Shown: positions 1 through 12,988, counted from the whole stretch's first letter. The stretch is DNA of 63,945 bases, filler included, from Cladosporium halotolerans (GCF_011745625.1; 4 parts of 4 records of this genome joined end to end with filler, not necessarily neighbours in it); one strand, 5' to 3'. A program made the numbers and translations. The notes: generated from the sequence alone by a model not told the origin.

Positions 1-98
1 TGCACATGACGCGACATGAATATGAACATAGATTTTTCCCACTGCACATGACATGAACATGGCAAAATTATTGGACATGACTGTCGGTGTACTCTCTG
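1..98. mobile_element. hAT-type transposon terminus (TIR CAGAGAGTACACC, CATGT subterminal repeats); element continues beyond the window start
   Basis: Bases 2-98 are the exact reverse complement of 16283-16379. It ends in ...CTCTCTG exactly where homology with the intact MFS gene (GGCGTAAG, 99-106) begins. Dense short subterminal repeats are typical of hATs. Confidence 0.8.
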
Positions 99-1317
99 GG
101 CGTAAGCCCAGATCTGACGAATCTTTAGTGTTATTTCCCAGTAGCGTTCAATTTATTTCATTTACCTTCCAATCTAGGCCGGACGAAGCCCACTTTTTCA
201 GATTGAAAGGCTCGACATTAGCGTCGCCACGGTCATGATTGACACGAGCGAGGATGCAAAGCCGTTCTTCCTCCGTCAAGAAGCGCAGACTTCGTGATCT
301 TTCATTGTCCGGAAAGGACCTGAGGTACACGTAGCCGAGACACGCGATAACGACCGTCAACTAAAGAAAACATCAGCGTAATACACACTTGAAATAGTCA
401 CGCAAGGAACAGACTGTATGAAATGATACGGAAGGGTGGGCACGGTACTCTCGCAGAGTAATGCCGAAGGGGCACACTTACAAGCCCTTCAATTATGAAT
501 ATCCAGCGCCAGCCGCCGTAGCCTGAATTCGTGTTAAGGATGGCCTTTGACCTGAGGAGATCCACCGACTCACTTGCAACGCCTTCCATCTGCATCAAAC
601 CAAACGCGAGTATGCCACCGAAAGCAGAAGCAACACAGCCAATCAGGTAGAAAGCGGCATACCGCTTACCGACCTCATACCGCGTATACCATGTCGACAA
701 GAGATAAACGACGCCGGGGAAAAACCCAGCCTTCACACGAGCGGTTGTTAGACAAGGCAACGATGAAGCGCAGAAGCCATTTGCGTACCTCGAATATTCC
801 TAGGACCAGACGCAAACCGATCAAGGTGGCCCAGTGTTCAACAAAGCCCATGCCCAACATAATCAGACCCCACAACAGGGTGATGGTAGAGAGAAAGACA
901 CGGGGCCCAATCTTGCGGCAAAGGATTGTGGCGGGGGGCTGGCACAGTGTGTAGGTGATGAAAAAGACGAGTGTGACGACAGACTGTAGACTAGTTAGTT
1001 ACTCGTCGCAAATAGGTTTTAGGCAAAGATGTCAATACGTAGCGGTCCACGCCGTCGATGTTTGCGAGCATCAGCTCCTCACCCATGCCAGCAATAACCG
1101 CATTCGACAGGTTTGTCCTATCCAAAAGGGAGACACAGTACATCACGCCGCACATTGGGATCAACCTGACATCGACCCTGCGAATGAGGTTTCTCTGTTC
1201 GTGATTGCTCCAGGATTGCAGTAATTGCTCGTCACCGCCAGGAGTGTGCCTGCTCTCAGACGGTGGGGACCTAGAAGCATTCTCCAGGCGCTCCTCGGCA
1301 TGCCCATTCTTTTCCAT
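99..1317 (-). pseudogene. MFS transporter, Dal5/ACS (allantoate permease-like) family, copy A, interrupted in exon 6 by a hAT insertion
   Basis: Motifs LIRRVDVRLIP, LDRTNLSNA, EAGFFPG..YLLSTWY, GWRWIFIIEG. Exon-by-exon match to 19016-20234. The 3' half is absent from the window. Confidence 0.9.
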
Positions 1318-2309
1318 AGTTGACTAGTCTTTTCGGTGGATAGTGTAGTTGGAAGATAGCTCGCAAAGATAGGACAGGCAAATTTGTGGCCAAATGACGT
1401 TCGACGACGGCGTATTTAAATCATGAATTGCACGTGACTCTGATGCCGCGGGCCAAGACGTTTGTGAGCGCCAAGGCTTGGAAAAGCGTCACCTTGGTTG
1501 AGTCTCACAGCCATATCAAGAGGACGGCAGGGAGCAGCCCTGCAACCACGTGCTTTGCAGCCACGGTTGTTTGCGGTGCGCCAAAATCGATCCTAGCTAG
1601 GATATAGCATCAGACGATCTCTGCGGAGAAGCAACTGAAGGCTTGTTTGCCAAGGCTTCAATGAGCGGGGATTGTGGGGATTTCCGCCTCGGTGCACGAA
1701 CAGATGCATGAAACCTCCTCGGCTCTTTCAGCCAGATGCACTTCCAGTTGAGAGCAGCTAATTGAGCTGGAACATAATGCTTTTACGGACGGCAACAATT
1801 TGTCCGCCCATCCAGTTCTGCGGCTAATGCGCCTTAAAACCGTTGGGTTTGGCCGTCCATCCATCCGTAAGGACACTTTCCGGTTCCGAAAAGAGCAAGC
1901 CAGATCGGACCGCAACTTCTGTTTTAGAGTGCGCAAGCGAAAGCGCAAAATCTTCAGAGTCCAGGGTATACGAGCTTGCGGGGTTATCGTGGTTAGATTT
2001 AATGGGCTGATGACACTATGTCTGTGACGTGATTCATCAGTATTCCGCGCACTTTCCCAACGCGGGACCATGCCGACGACGGTCAGATGAAAGGAATCAA
2101 GAGACGCCTCACCGTACTCGTTGAGGAATCGGAGTTTGTGGAGGTCCATGAGAGTGGAGAGGTTGGCATCGCTAGAACGGAGGCTCTCGTCGTGAAGATT
2201 TGGTTTCTGCTTGGTTGCTGAGATGATACAGTAACAAGATTCTGCTTGCAGGACCAGCTGAGCTACACAGCGCGGCAGAGCGTCGACATGCCGCCGCCGT
2301 CGGCGGCGC

Positions 2310-5024
2310 CAGGGTGTTCATCAGACAGACAGACAGATTTTTCGAGAATGTCTGGTCTGCTTACCTAAGCTCATGCGTCTTGTCTGTCTGTCTGAAAGAT
2401 AGCGATGATATGTCTGTCTGTCTGCATCGTTTTCCAATACGTTCGCCGGTCTTGGCACGAGAAGGCAGACAGCATGCTACGCACGAAAGATGATCATCAT
2501 GTGGTGGGTAAAGCATCTACACACTCTAAGCTTAACCCTCGTCGTACCAGCTGCGGAGAAGTTGCTGCGCCTCCGCGAGCTCATACAGAGTCCGCTGCCT
2601 GTCATTTCCAACCGAGTTGCCAGCGATCGAGAAGTTCTTTCGTTTGCTGATGCGCTGGCCGGGATCGCAAAGAGTCCAAAAGCCAGGTGTCGCAAGAGCG
2701 GGAACCTCGTATGGTTTTGACGCCACCACTCTAGTGGCGAAGGTGAATGCAAACCTGGTGTCCGCTCCTCCCGCTTGTATGGCTGTAGGTCATCCATCGA
2801 GTCGACCTCTTGAGGCAGGGTGTTGTACTCATCGAATCTGGACTCGGACTTGATCTTCGGCTCTACTGGATTGAAGAAGAGAGCTTTCTGTGCATCCAGC
2901 GGCAACCATGCCTTTGCGATCAAGTGCGCATCGTCAATCGCCGCCTTCGCAGCATCGATCCATGCCGGCCGACACCCCAGTGCCTTTCGAACCAAGCCAT
3001 CTTCAAGTGAGGATGGAGGAATCTCGCCATCCTGTACGCGGAGCTCTTGTCCGACAACCCACAGTACTTGTCGAGCTTCTTCCATCCGAGGTTGACACAC
3101 GCTTTGATGTGACTACTGGGCTCGTATCTGTATCTTTCCTTAAGTTGCTCGAACTCCCCTAGTAAGCTGTCAAAGGTTGCCAGCTGCTACCACAATGCAT
3201 GCTTCGCGTCATTGTCTGCTTGCAACCTCAACGAGGCGTTCTTCAAAGGTGAGAGTACTTCAAGCAATCGCTCCAGTTCCGCCCAGTCCCCTACATCAAG
3301 GCAGTCCGAGGAAGAAAGCCGATCGGAATCGCCTAGCGATCGGAAGTGAGTTTGGTATAGCTCGAAGGCAAAGCGCGGAGCTTAAAAGCGCGCTAGATCA
3401 TGTCGCAGCTGCTGTTCCATCTGATGCCGCCGTTGACAATCACTGGACAGATCCGACCGTCGTCGGAATCAGCTTCGGAGTTTTGCTTCATCTCGAAGAA
3501 TCGCCTACGTTTGGGAGTTTTCTGAATGTGGGTGACTAGGTTGTGGAGTTTTCCGACAGGGCCCTTACGACGCCACGTTTGAAGTGCTTCTTCCAAAGGC
3601 TTAGACCGCATAACTGCTTCAAAAGCGGCTATAAGACGGCTGTCCGAGAGGCAGTCTTCGCGCTCGTCCGGCTCGATTGCATCAATATCTGTACCGTACA
3701 TCACCGCCTTAGCCACGACATTGATAACCTGCGCCCCGCAGCGTAAACGGTGATGTTCTGGATGGATGTTCAGGCTACCGCCCAAAACCTTGATCGCTCG
3801 GTCATTCGTAGTCGCGTTGTCTGACATGAAATACTGCACCTTCTAGTCAATGTCGTAGTCGTTGATCACCCGTAAGATTTCCTCTGCAAAGCTTTGGCCG
3901 CTGTGCGATCCCCGGTTGTCCCGCAGGCCAAGAAGTATGACACGCGGTCGGAGAGATGCATCGAGGTAATGCGCAGTCACTCCGAGGAAATCTATGCCGT
4001 TGTCGGCAGTCCAGTTGTCGAAAGATATCGTTATATTACTCGCTGCCTGTCTCAGAGACTTCTCGATTGCCTCTTAGGCGGTAGATGCCGCTTGCATGAT
4101 CCAATCTCGGATTGTGTTGGCGCTGGTCGGGACCGAATTCTCCAATCGAGGGTGTTGGAACGTCGGCAGAGAAAGACGTGATTGTGGGCTTGCCTGCCGC
4201 AAAGATTGGTTGGTCGTCACCGCCCATCGCACGAAAGCGTCAACCAACCCTTTCTCGTTGAAAGTCGAGCGATCAGCTGTGTGCTGACGGTCAACATGAT
4301 CTAGCAAGGAGCCTGCCTGACTCTTTTCACCTCGGTGCATTTGTTGTTCTTTGAGATCGAACCCATGTCGCTCCATGTGACGCCGTGCTCATGTGGTCGA
4401 GGCAGCTGCGAGAATGTAATCCTTGCACGGGTGATGCACAGAGTCAGCATGGCATATCGTTCAAAGCCAGACGACGCTGTAGTCGCTGTCTCCTATCAAG
4501 AGTTCTCCATGCCTCCATATCCAGCTGTCACGCGGCTTCTTCGAAGGCGGTGCGGGCGCGTAACCATCGGGGGCAACACCGGCGATGAGTACGCCACCCT
4601 CGTTTTGCCGGTTACGCTGTAGCAGTGTAGTGCACGACTCCGTCGCGTTCTCTGGTGTGGCTGACATAGCAAAGTAGTCTGAAGGTAATTCTCGTTGGCT
4701 GATTCGGTGGTGGTGGTACGCCGATTTAGGCCGAAGACGGCGAGATTCGCGCGTCGCCGCGTCGCGCACATCGTGTGGGACAACACAAGCGCCGGCACGA
4801 CCCTTCAGCTGGATCTCACTCAGTAGGGTTAGGGTTGGGGCTAGAAGCTTCGATCTGGTATGATGTCTCCATTGCCAAGCCATCTACAATCTATACAGCC
4901 TGTCTGCAAACAAGAAAGTATATGTCTGCTCTGCTTAGGTAACGGCTGGATCCGTGTCTGTTTGTCTGATTACGTGATCAAACAGACAGACTGTTCGTCT
5001 GTGTCTGTCTGGTGAACACGCATG
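2310..5024 (-). mobile_element. Degenerate near-full-length hAT DNA transposon
   Basis: Imperfect TIRs CAGGGTGTTCATCAGACAGAC / revcomp CATGCGTGTTCACCAGACAGAC, (CAGA)n/(TGTC)n subterminal repeats, TSD-like TCGACATGC (2283-2291) / TCACATGC (5025-5032). The paralog carries the empty site at about 18050-18064. Confidence 0.9.
2532..4667 (-). pseudogene. hAT transposase, frameshifted
   Basis: BED-finger-like SWIWRH, MSDNATTND, HRLRC..VINVVAKA, RWNS, and dimerisation domain PLEWWRQN.TRFP.L..LA..LFAIPAS.S.NER.FS, spread over several frames. Confidence 0.9.
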
Positions 5025-6507
5025 TCACATGCGTGTCGTACTGAAACCCCATAAAAGTGCTGAACAGACGCCATGCATGTTGCAAGATTGATATCTAGAT
5101 TGCTCAAAGTAGTATCGTAATCGCACTGCCCTGTTCAGCATTTTCAGGAAGGCGCTAGTCTGTTCACATATGGAGTGAGTATTGTGGCGACGGTAGTAAA
5201 TAACCACACTGCAGGCAGCACCAACCAAGCCTAGCACGAGAGCTCCCTTGAAATTGATTAAGATGACTTGTAAAAATCGAATAGCAATTATACATGGTGC
5301 AGAACCGATATGCACGACGCAATTTGAAAAGATCACTAAATCGCCGCTCAATATACAATAAAGTACTTGGCTGGCCACAAACGACGCCTAGCTCTACCAG
5401 GCTCCAAGGGGTCAGTAAGTTCCAGCAACGGCTCCAGAGTACTGGACTTGACCGGACAAGGATCGTAAGCACGGCCCGGGGTTCTGGTACCGTCGGTGGG
5501 TCCACGCTTGGAAGGACTAGGATCTCCTACAAGTTTTGGCAGTTCTGCGAAAATCTGACGTCATCATGACGTAAAAAGCAATCGGAGAAACTTGCCGATG
5601 GGCGCGGAGATGCCGTCCGCCTATAAGAGATGTAAAGTGGAGCACGAATGTATGGCTCCCCCGCAAGCTTGAGTTAGGCTCCTACTGATTACATCCGCCT
5701 CGCAGATGCACCTGACTGTATCCGCGCCGCGGGAAGTGACAGGGTGGCCATCCATTCGTGGCCCCTCTCTGTTGTACTAAAGAAACAGGTTTTGTATATG
5801 GTATGTCGTGGCATGTCAACACTCCTGGGTCGGGTTGGAACACCGGCCGAATAATGAAAATGAGGTCGATCTGTAGTTGCAGATTGCCGGGTATGGCCAA
5901 CGCCAAGCAGGTGGGTTTGTGGTTCACGTGGGAGTTGTTGACAACCCAACAGACCACAAGCACTTCTATACAAAAGATGGGAAATCTCCTGAGCCATCAG
6001 AGGAAGCTTTTTCATAATTCAAGCCAAAAGGCGCTGATGACAAGAATCAATCACTGGAGAACTTCATGTACCATGAACGTAAGGCAATTGCTAAGTTAAC
6101 GATGTCGAGACGTTGGATCGATGATTACATTTGAAGAGATGCTTAGCACAGCTCACTGCCTAATGTGAATACTTCGCGAACGCAAGTCAGCGCTCTTGGA
6201 GTACCAAACGAATGCCAAGAACAGGCTCAAGCGAGCTCGCAAGCTTATTTCTAGCGCCCTCGGCGCCTGCCACGGCGTATGTCATTTCTCGTGGTCTCCG
6301 CGGAATTGTGTAGGTTTTAGCATGACGACGGCGAACGGACGATCCTCAAGATAGCCTTGGCTTGTAGACGCCCTTTTCTTGCTTTTCCCAAAAGAGACCG
6401 CTGCTTTTTCCTATCTATTTGTCTCCGTACTTACTGGAACGGAAAGCTCAAGACAATCCTCAGTTTGCATCTGATACCCCACAGTTTAACACGCTAAACT
6501 CCACAAA

Positions 6508-8334
6508 ATGGGTTTCTTCGCTCTCGCAAAACCTAAAAACGAGCCAGGTGCTGCATGGCCAGCCATCATGGTTGGTATGATAGCTGCCTTCGGCGGCATC
6601 CTTTATGGCTACGACACGGGAACGATCAGCGGTATTCAAGGGATGCCTTTTTGGATAAAACAATTTTTTCCAGGTTTAAATGAGGGAGTCGACTACAGGA
6701 TCGACCCAACTAGCCTTCGAGTCGACGCGGGAGAGATTTCATTGATAGTCTCGATTCTTTCCGTGGGTACATTCGTTGGGGCCCTTCTTGCCGGAATTCT
6801 CGCCGATATCGCAGGACGAAAATGGGGTCTGATCTTGTCAGCTGGCATTCCGTTTAATCTAGGTGTTATCCTGCAGGTCGCTGCGACGGAACGAAGTCTT
6901 TTCAATGCTGGACGGTTCTTCGCTGGCCTTGGTGTTGGCCTTGTATCCGTGCAGGGTGCGTGAGCCTCTATCATCCAGGATCGGCTAAAGCTGATTATCA
7001 TTTGTAGTCCCAATGTATCAATCAGAGACACTTCCAGCGTGGATTCGGGGCTTTGTGGTCGGAAGCTACCAACTCTGCATCACTATCGGCTTGCTCCTAG
7101 CAGCTCTGGTGAACTATGGTACGCAGGATCGCACGGATAGTGGCTCCTACCGTATTCCATTGGCCATACAATTTGCATGGTCTATTATTCTTTGCGGGGG
7201 AATGTTGATGCTACCCGAAACCCCTCGATTCTTGATCAAGAAAGGTAAAAGCGAAAAGGCAATGGAGTCTCTGAAGTTCCTCCGAAGACTTGACTTAGGC
7301 CACCCGGCCTTAATCCAAGAGTATAAGGAGATTCATTCGAACTACCAATATGAAAATTCACTTGGGAATGCCTCTTACGTTGATTGCTTCAAAGGCAGCG
7401 TCGGCAAGCGTCTTCTCACAGGCGTGGTATTGCAGTGCCTCCAGCAGCTTGTCGGAATCAACTTCATTTTCTACTATGTACGTTTTGCCCGAAATTGAAA
7501 CGATCTAGGCGGTATCGCTGACGATGCGCAGGGGACTTCCTATTTTCAATCCCGCGGTGCCACTTCACTGCCTTCCCCTTTCATCCTGCAAGTCATCACG
7601 AATGTAGTCAACGTCGTGTCGACCTTTCCAGGCCTATATGCTATCGACAAGCTTGGCCGCAGGCCAGTTTTACTCGCGGGTGCTCTAGGTATGGGTATCT
7701 CGCAGTACATCGTCTCTGCGTGCGGGGTTGCAACAAATCTGCAAAACGCCGCTTCGGTCGCGGCGCAGTTCGCCTTCATCTGCATCTACATATTTTTCTT
7801 TGCCTCCACTTTCGGCCCTGCCGCGTGGGTGGTCACCGGCGAGATATTCCCACTAAGAACTAGGGCAAAGTGTTTAAGTATGACAACAGCGGCGAACTGG
7901 TTCTTCAACTGGCTGCTGGCTTTCATAACACCTTATTTGACTGGTGCAGACTATGCGGACCTAGGACCGAACATCTTTTGGATCTGGGGTGGATTCTGCT
8001 GGATCGCGGTTGCGTTCGTTTGGCTCATGATTTACGAGACGAAGAATCTCACCCTCGAACAAGTGAATGAGCTCTATGGTAAGTCCTCATTCATTCACGC
8101 GACTTCCGGCGCTTTTCCGGCAGCTTTGCTGAAGGTTTCTCTGCAGGTCAGACTAGCAGAGCATGGCGGAGCAAGAATTTCAGGCCAAAGGTCTCATGGG
8201 CCGACGTCAGAATGGGGGAAGAAAATCAAGGCGGCAGCATCCCGGACATCGCTGCCCCGCAAGAGCACAAGACGAGCAGCGTCGCTGGCCATGATAATCG
8301 TAGGCACTTGATCGAGAAGCGCGAGAAAGTGTAG
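6508..8334 (+). CDS. MFS sugar porter (high-affinity hexose transporter-like), copy A; exons 6508-6955, 7008-7477, 7532-8078, 8147-8334; 550 aa
   Basis: FGGILYGYDTG, D..GRK, GRFFAGLGVG, PMYQSET.P..IRG, PETPRFL, QQLVGINFIFYYG, YETK. GT-AG introns keep the frame open. Confidence 0.93.
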
Positions 8335-8342
8335 AACAACGT

Positions 8343-8729
8343 TGTAATGGGGTGTACTCGGGATAGGAACACACACGAGGTGATAAGGGTTTCAGGGTAA
8401 GAAGAGGTAACCGCTCGAGTAGCACACTGATCAAGTTGCGTTATGATCAATGACTCAAAGTTAGTTACTTAAGTTGAACACGAGGCTCCTATAAAAGATG
8501 GAACTCCAATTATCTTATATACTAAGGAGACTCGTGGAATGATCACTAGATTATCGTGCCTGGGTGAGCTTCACCCTGCTCACTCGTGAGCATCGTGAGT
8601 ATCGTAGTCACGTGCGGTGATTATTCCTGGTCACGTGTATTGACTTGCTCACTGTCACGTGCGTGAGCTGCAGACGTCAACTGTCGTCTACCAGCCAATC
8701 CTGAAGCTGCCGCTTCGCGGTCCGTAACA
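8343..8729. mobile_element. Solo LTR, 387 bp
   Basis: TG...CA ends with short inverted termini (TGTAATGG...CCGTAACA), 5-bp TSD AACGT/AATGT, internal TATAAAA. Absent from the paralog, which has a single AACGT. Confidence 0.85.
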
Positions 8730-10444
8730 AATGTGTATCCGACCTCGACTTTTTCCGACCCGTCCATGACGGGAGAAACATTCGGGAGATCGCCCGCGCC
8801 CATTGTTTATCTACGAAGACACCAGACCAGCATCCGATGACAACGCAGACGTTAATCGCTGCGGGTGAAGGCTTGCCTCCCACTCTCGGAAAGCTTTGAG
8901 GCAGATTATAAACAGGTGCGAAACTGAGCCGCCGGCGTTCCCTTAGAAGAGGAATGCTCATCGTTGTTTCAAAAGATATTATGAGCGAGCCTAGCGAATA
9001 ATGTTGTGATGCTGGGCAACTATTGGGCTGGACTAGCAACCCAGTTTCTGTCCTGCAAGCCATCCATAGCGCCTGAAATTTACTGAACTGTCGTCTCTCG
9101 GTGTGATTCTGGAAGCACTTCGTATGCTCATGATCATCAACGACTATCCGACAGTCGGGACCACAAGGATCAGAAGTAGCTTGGGAAGCAAGAGTCGCAA
9201 ACATTTTACATGGGGGAATAAGACACGAAGATAGGTCGCACTTGGAAGCTGCAGTACCGGAAAAGGAGGTCAGTTCACGGGACTCGGAGCCTTCGGATCA
9301 GCCTTGCGCCACCTTGCCTGTCGCTTGGCTGCATTCCCAGCAGCAGGCGACTGGAAACAATCAGACACTGGCATAAGTGGCACAGCATGTCATCAGCGTG
9401 TACGAAGAGTCAGCAAGCTTTGCGTGAATGGCATGGGTGCGGACAAGAATGGTAACGTTATGGATGCATGAACGGACGATCGATGGTAAGCTGGGTAAGA
9501 CGCATGCGAGCCTTTGCCTTTGTAGGCGAAGGGATTACCGTAGTAGTTTCTACAATTGGCAAAGGTTTCGGGGTCTGTTCACAGTCGATCGCGAATTCAG
9601 ATGTTGCGGATTTTCTGGCAAAGCTTGCCGACGTCATCCAGTTCATCGAAAGCTTTGTCTATCACGGCCGGATATTCTTGCTTGTCCGCGTATCTCGTTG
9701 CAAGATCTTCCGCGTCGGAAAAGACGAATGACGTGACCTACCCATTCTTCAGCTTGCTTTACATCAGATTCAGACAAAGCACGCGTTGTCGAGGTAGCAG
9801 TTTTATTTTGTAGGTAACGTTCGTGTAGCTCAGGGAGTTGACAGGCTAGAACCTTTGCTAGTGCTAAATTTGACCCTCGTGACCTCACTTCTCAGGAGAA
9901 TCGGGGTGCGACTCGGCAGAGTTGGTGTGAAGAGCTTCGGCCGAACAGTGAGCTCTGGTAGGTGAACGACCTCTCCCATATCCTTCTGCAAGTCGTCATT
10001 GAGGACATTGAGCTTGAAGATCGATTAGGTGTGAAAGGGCATTCTGTGATCCTTTTGGAGCATGCCTTAGTTTTGTTGAGGCCGAAAACGTTCGCTCACG
10101 CGCAGTCCAGCGGCAGTGAAAGCCGTTGCAAGAGCGATCGCCATTTAACAATGGCATTGCGCTGACTGTTTCGCCGTCCGGAACATCTGTGTCACTCGCC
10201 GGCCGGCCATGCATCTGTCTATCTATTCCGTGTGCCCGAGTAGCAGGCGATGTGAAACCTTGGCTGTTCCAGGACACTCGCTCGGAGTTGGTCGTCAAGA
10301 ACGACTGATTACTGATTTTTTCGGAAGGCTCAACGCTGAGATCCCAGAAATCATTTGATCTAACCGACTGCGGTTGGTATCCGTTGGGGTCAAGGGTGTC
10401 TACCGAGCTTGCTCTTGAGGAGGATCCCACGATAATCGGATTTG

Positions 10445-11011
10445 TCATGCTTGCGTTTCTGGATCTTTTCGGCCTTGTGATCCACCTGCAAAGGTGTTTG
10501 CACTCAGAAAATAGCTTTCCGACATTACGTCTGCTTGCAAAGAGCTAGCTCTTGACAGATTGCTTCTACTGTCTGTAGGCAAAGGCTCTGAGCCTTTTGA
10601 TTGGAGAAGATCCTCAACTGAAGAACCAAGACGCAGTTTTGCCAGAAGCAGGGTCGACTGTTCATTGGTGCCCGACCTCATTTTCCCGAGCAGCTGATCA
10701 AGGGCCTCATTCTTTGCTTTTGCTTCTACCAACTTCCGCTTGCTGTCCGCGGTCCTGGTTGCGCCCTCGGCGATATCCCAGATACATTGGAGATTGCGCT
10801 CATTGCAGGCGATGCAGCCGGGCCGGTGACCTGAACACTTTATCTTCTTCTTTTGACATTGGCTACAGGCACTTTTGACTGGTTTTGCTCTTTTGCGTGT
10901 CCGACCGGCTTGGACGACATAGGCGTCGCTTCCGACCTTGTTGGCACTCCTCGGCTTGCGCCCGCCCTCTGCTTGTCTCTCGCCAAGCACCTTGTTCTCA
11001 GTGCTCTCCAT
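10445..11011 (-). CDS. Short Zn(II)2Cys6 transcription factor; 3' end uncertain (may continue into 9996-10448)
   Basis: ACSQCQKKKIKCSGHRPGCIACNERNLQC has all six Cys, followed by a coiled coil and LLAKLRLG. ATG at 11011. Confidence 0.75.
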   Translation of the reverse strand: MESTENKVLGERQAEGGRKPRSANKVGSDAYVVQAGRTRKRAKPVKSACSQCQKKKIKCSGHRPGCIACNERNLQCIWDIAEGATRTADSKRKLVEAKAKNEALDQLLGKMRSGTNEQSTLLLAKLRLGSSVEDLLQSKGSEPLPTDSRSNLSRASSLQADVMSESYFLSANTFAGGSQGRKDPETQA

Positions 11012-11949
11012 TGAGAAAGCGCTGCTCTCGCTTCCTGGTCTCCTGGCCGCTAAAGATCGAAGTTCGCTACCACGAACGAGGTGTGCGTGCGTCTGCCTAA
11101 GGATCATGGTTACTAGCAGGCGGCTTTCGCTATTGGGGGAAGGCACAAGGTTCCCAATGTAGTGCAACAGTGTCGTCTAGACAAGGAGAAGTGTACGCGT
11201 GATATTGTTGTAAACTGGAGCAATCAGACATAACAGTTGTTAAAATGGAAACTTTATATCGCGTAACTCAACCCATTCGCTGCGGGGTTGGGGATGGGTC
11301 CGACCCTAAACCCGATTCTACCCGCGATCGTTACAGTACAGTGCTATAATCACGCGGGCAAATTTTTTTTGACCATATTGTTGTGGCTCCACATGCTTAA
11401 GAGATAAGCCGCATGATGTGGTGTGATTCCATCGGCATGTCGTCCTTCTCATTTGCGGAACTTGACGCGCATGCTGATGCCGCAGGTACCTTGTTAAGTC
11501 TCTGCACAGTCAAGAGCTTCAACGGACGATATCACGTGCCCGGAGCCACCTCCGCAGCTTTGTGATCAGCATTGGTGTATTGCGGCCGGCAACCCTCATT
11601 GGGTAACCAGCCAACGGACCCAGCCGAAGCTCACTCGAGTTCGAGTGAGCAACAGCAGTCAACCGAGCGGCTGAGTCACGTGATCGTCGTGACCTTCTCA
11701 CTCGCGCTGGAGGGCATGCTCATGCTTTTTGCTGATCAATTTCTGATCAGTAGCTTTGTGCGCAAGATCATTCCCATACATTCTCTATATTCTGGAGGTA
11801 AGGATTGTATATAGCCGGACGGAGAGCGCATACCTTCACATGGGGTCCGGTGTGAGTAGCTGCTATGCAGTGAAACCAAGTGCGCTACACAAGACCAGAA
11901 GAGCGATGAGCCCACGTGGCAGTCTCGCACAAAGTCATCATTGACGATG

Positions 11950-12844
11950 TCTACCTCCTCTCCCACCGACAAGGCCCGCCATGGGTGATGAGACCGCCCA
12001 CCTCATCGCCCAGCCGTCGGGAAAACTCTACATGACATGACAAGATCTGCGCGCACGCCGCACTCGCAGGCAACACGACTTCACCACCGCCGCCGACACG
12101 ACTCGACATGGTCGATGTGGCCGCTCACCTCACCATCCAGCCGTCGGGAAGATTTTGCACGACACGACAAGGCCTGCGCGCACGCCGCGCCCAGGCAACA
12201 AGACGACGACCATGCCAACTCGTCATCACAGATGAGCAAGAGTTGGAGAAATCATGCACGAGACGCACAATACGCGAAGAGCCCGCCAGCTCTCGCAGAG
12301 AGACCTTTACACAGACTCGCAATTGAGACGAGTCATACCAGACAAGACACCCAGCACGAGCGCTCGATGGGCTCGGCCGACTGGGAGATGCCGCGACAAG
12401 CACAGCAGACGCTACGCGTCAGCACAAGGCGAGAACATACGCCGAATCTCCTGCACAAGAGAAGCACAGGCGCACAGCAAGGAACAACCAGCCCGAGGGG
12501 ATGCCCAGCCCCGGCGGGCACCCCTATGAACCAGGCAGCATGACAAGACAGAGCACATCATCAACAATGGAGGCGTCCAGCTCGTGAAACTTGAGATGAA
12601 TGGAGATGTTGGAACGACGGAGAGAGCAGGGAACGAGGGTCAGTAGTTGCGACCACACGCGAGAACCATTAGGAGGGCATTGATTTGCCCAAAAGCCGTG
12701 GTGCTTTGGTAAGGCAGGATGGCGAGCATAACTGTACTGTGACAGACTAACGCGAGAGTACATATATAAGCCATAGAAATCGTCGAGGAGATTGCCGACG
12801 TGCCATAAGCTATTTAACTTGAATGCAGTATGATTAAAAAAAAA
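11950..12844 (+). mobile_element. Non-coding 3' portion of a LINE or SINE-like element ending in an A-rich tail; 5' limit uncertain
   Basis: The 40-bp motif 12794-12833 matches the LINE 3' end at 42716-42755 with 2 mismatches and is followed by TTAAAAAAAAA. Confidence 0.6.
11980..12203 (+). repeat. Two diverged direct repeats, about 100 bp each, 127-bp period
   Basis: 11980-12079 and 12107-12203 share CCAGCCGTCGGGAA, GACAAG, CTGCGCGCACGCCGC and CAGGCAACA. Confidence 0.8.
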
Positions 12845-12988
12845 GAAAGGCCCGCAAGATGTATCGAAAAAGTTTGGGCAATGGAAACGTTAAGGTCAGG
12901 CATGCTATGTCGAGGAGAGAGAGAGAAGGCGGTAGAAGAGGAGATGAGTTACCTCAGTTTTATACATGACCGGATTCAACATCACCCT

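Larger units (their letters stand above)
99..5310. repeat. Duplicated block A1 (MFS gene plus upstream region), inverted homolog of 17766-20234
   Basis: Coding, intron and upstream sequence align by eye once the hAT at 2310-5024 is removed; 5027-5310 matches about 17766-18059 in reverse. Confidence 0.9.
5565..8970. repeat. Duplicated block A2 (sugar porter plus flanks), inverted homolog of about 21955-24966
   Basis: Promoter, exons, introns and 3' flank align; copy A additionally carries the solo LTR. Boundaries approximate. Confidence 0.88.

Noticed and set aside
1658..2149. ORFs in the MFS upstream region and their counterparts at 18245-18822
   Set aside because: Frames are not conserved between the two copies (indels, stops), consistent with non-coding promoter DNA.
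4825..4836. Telomere-like AGGGTTAGGGTT
   Set aside because: Only two units, inside a hAT subterminal region; not a telomere.
8980..10440. Short ORFs downstream of the first Zn2Cys6 gene
   Set aside because: No recognisable domain or consistent splice model; possibly a decayed 3' region.
11980..12203. Direct repeats as a CRISPR-like array
   Set aside because: Eukaryotic context, only two long diverged units, no repeat-spacer pattern.
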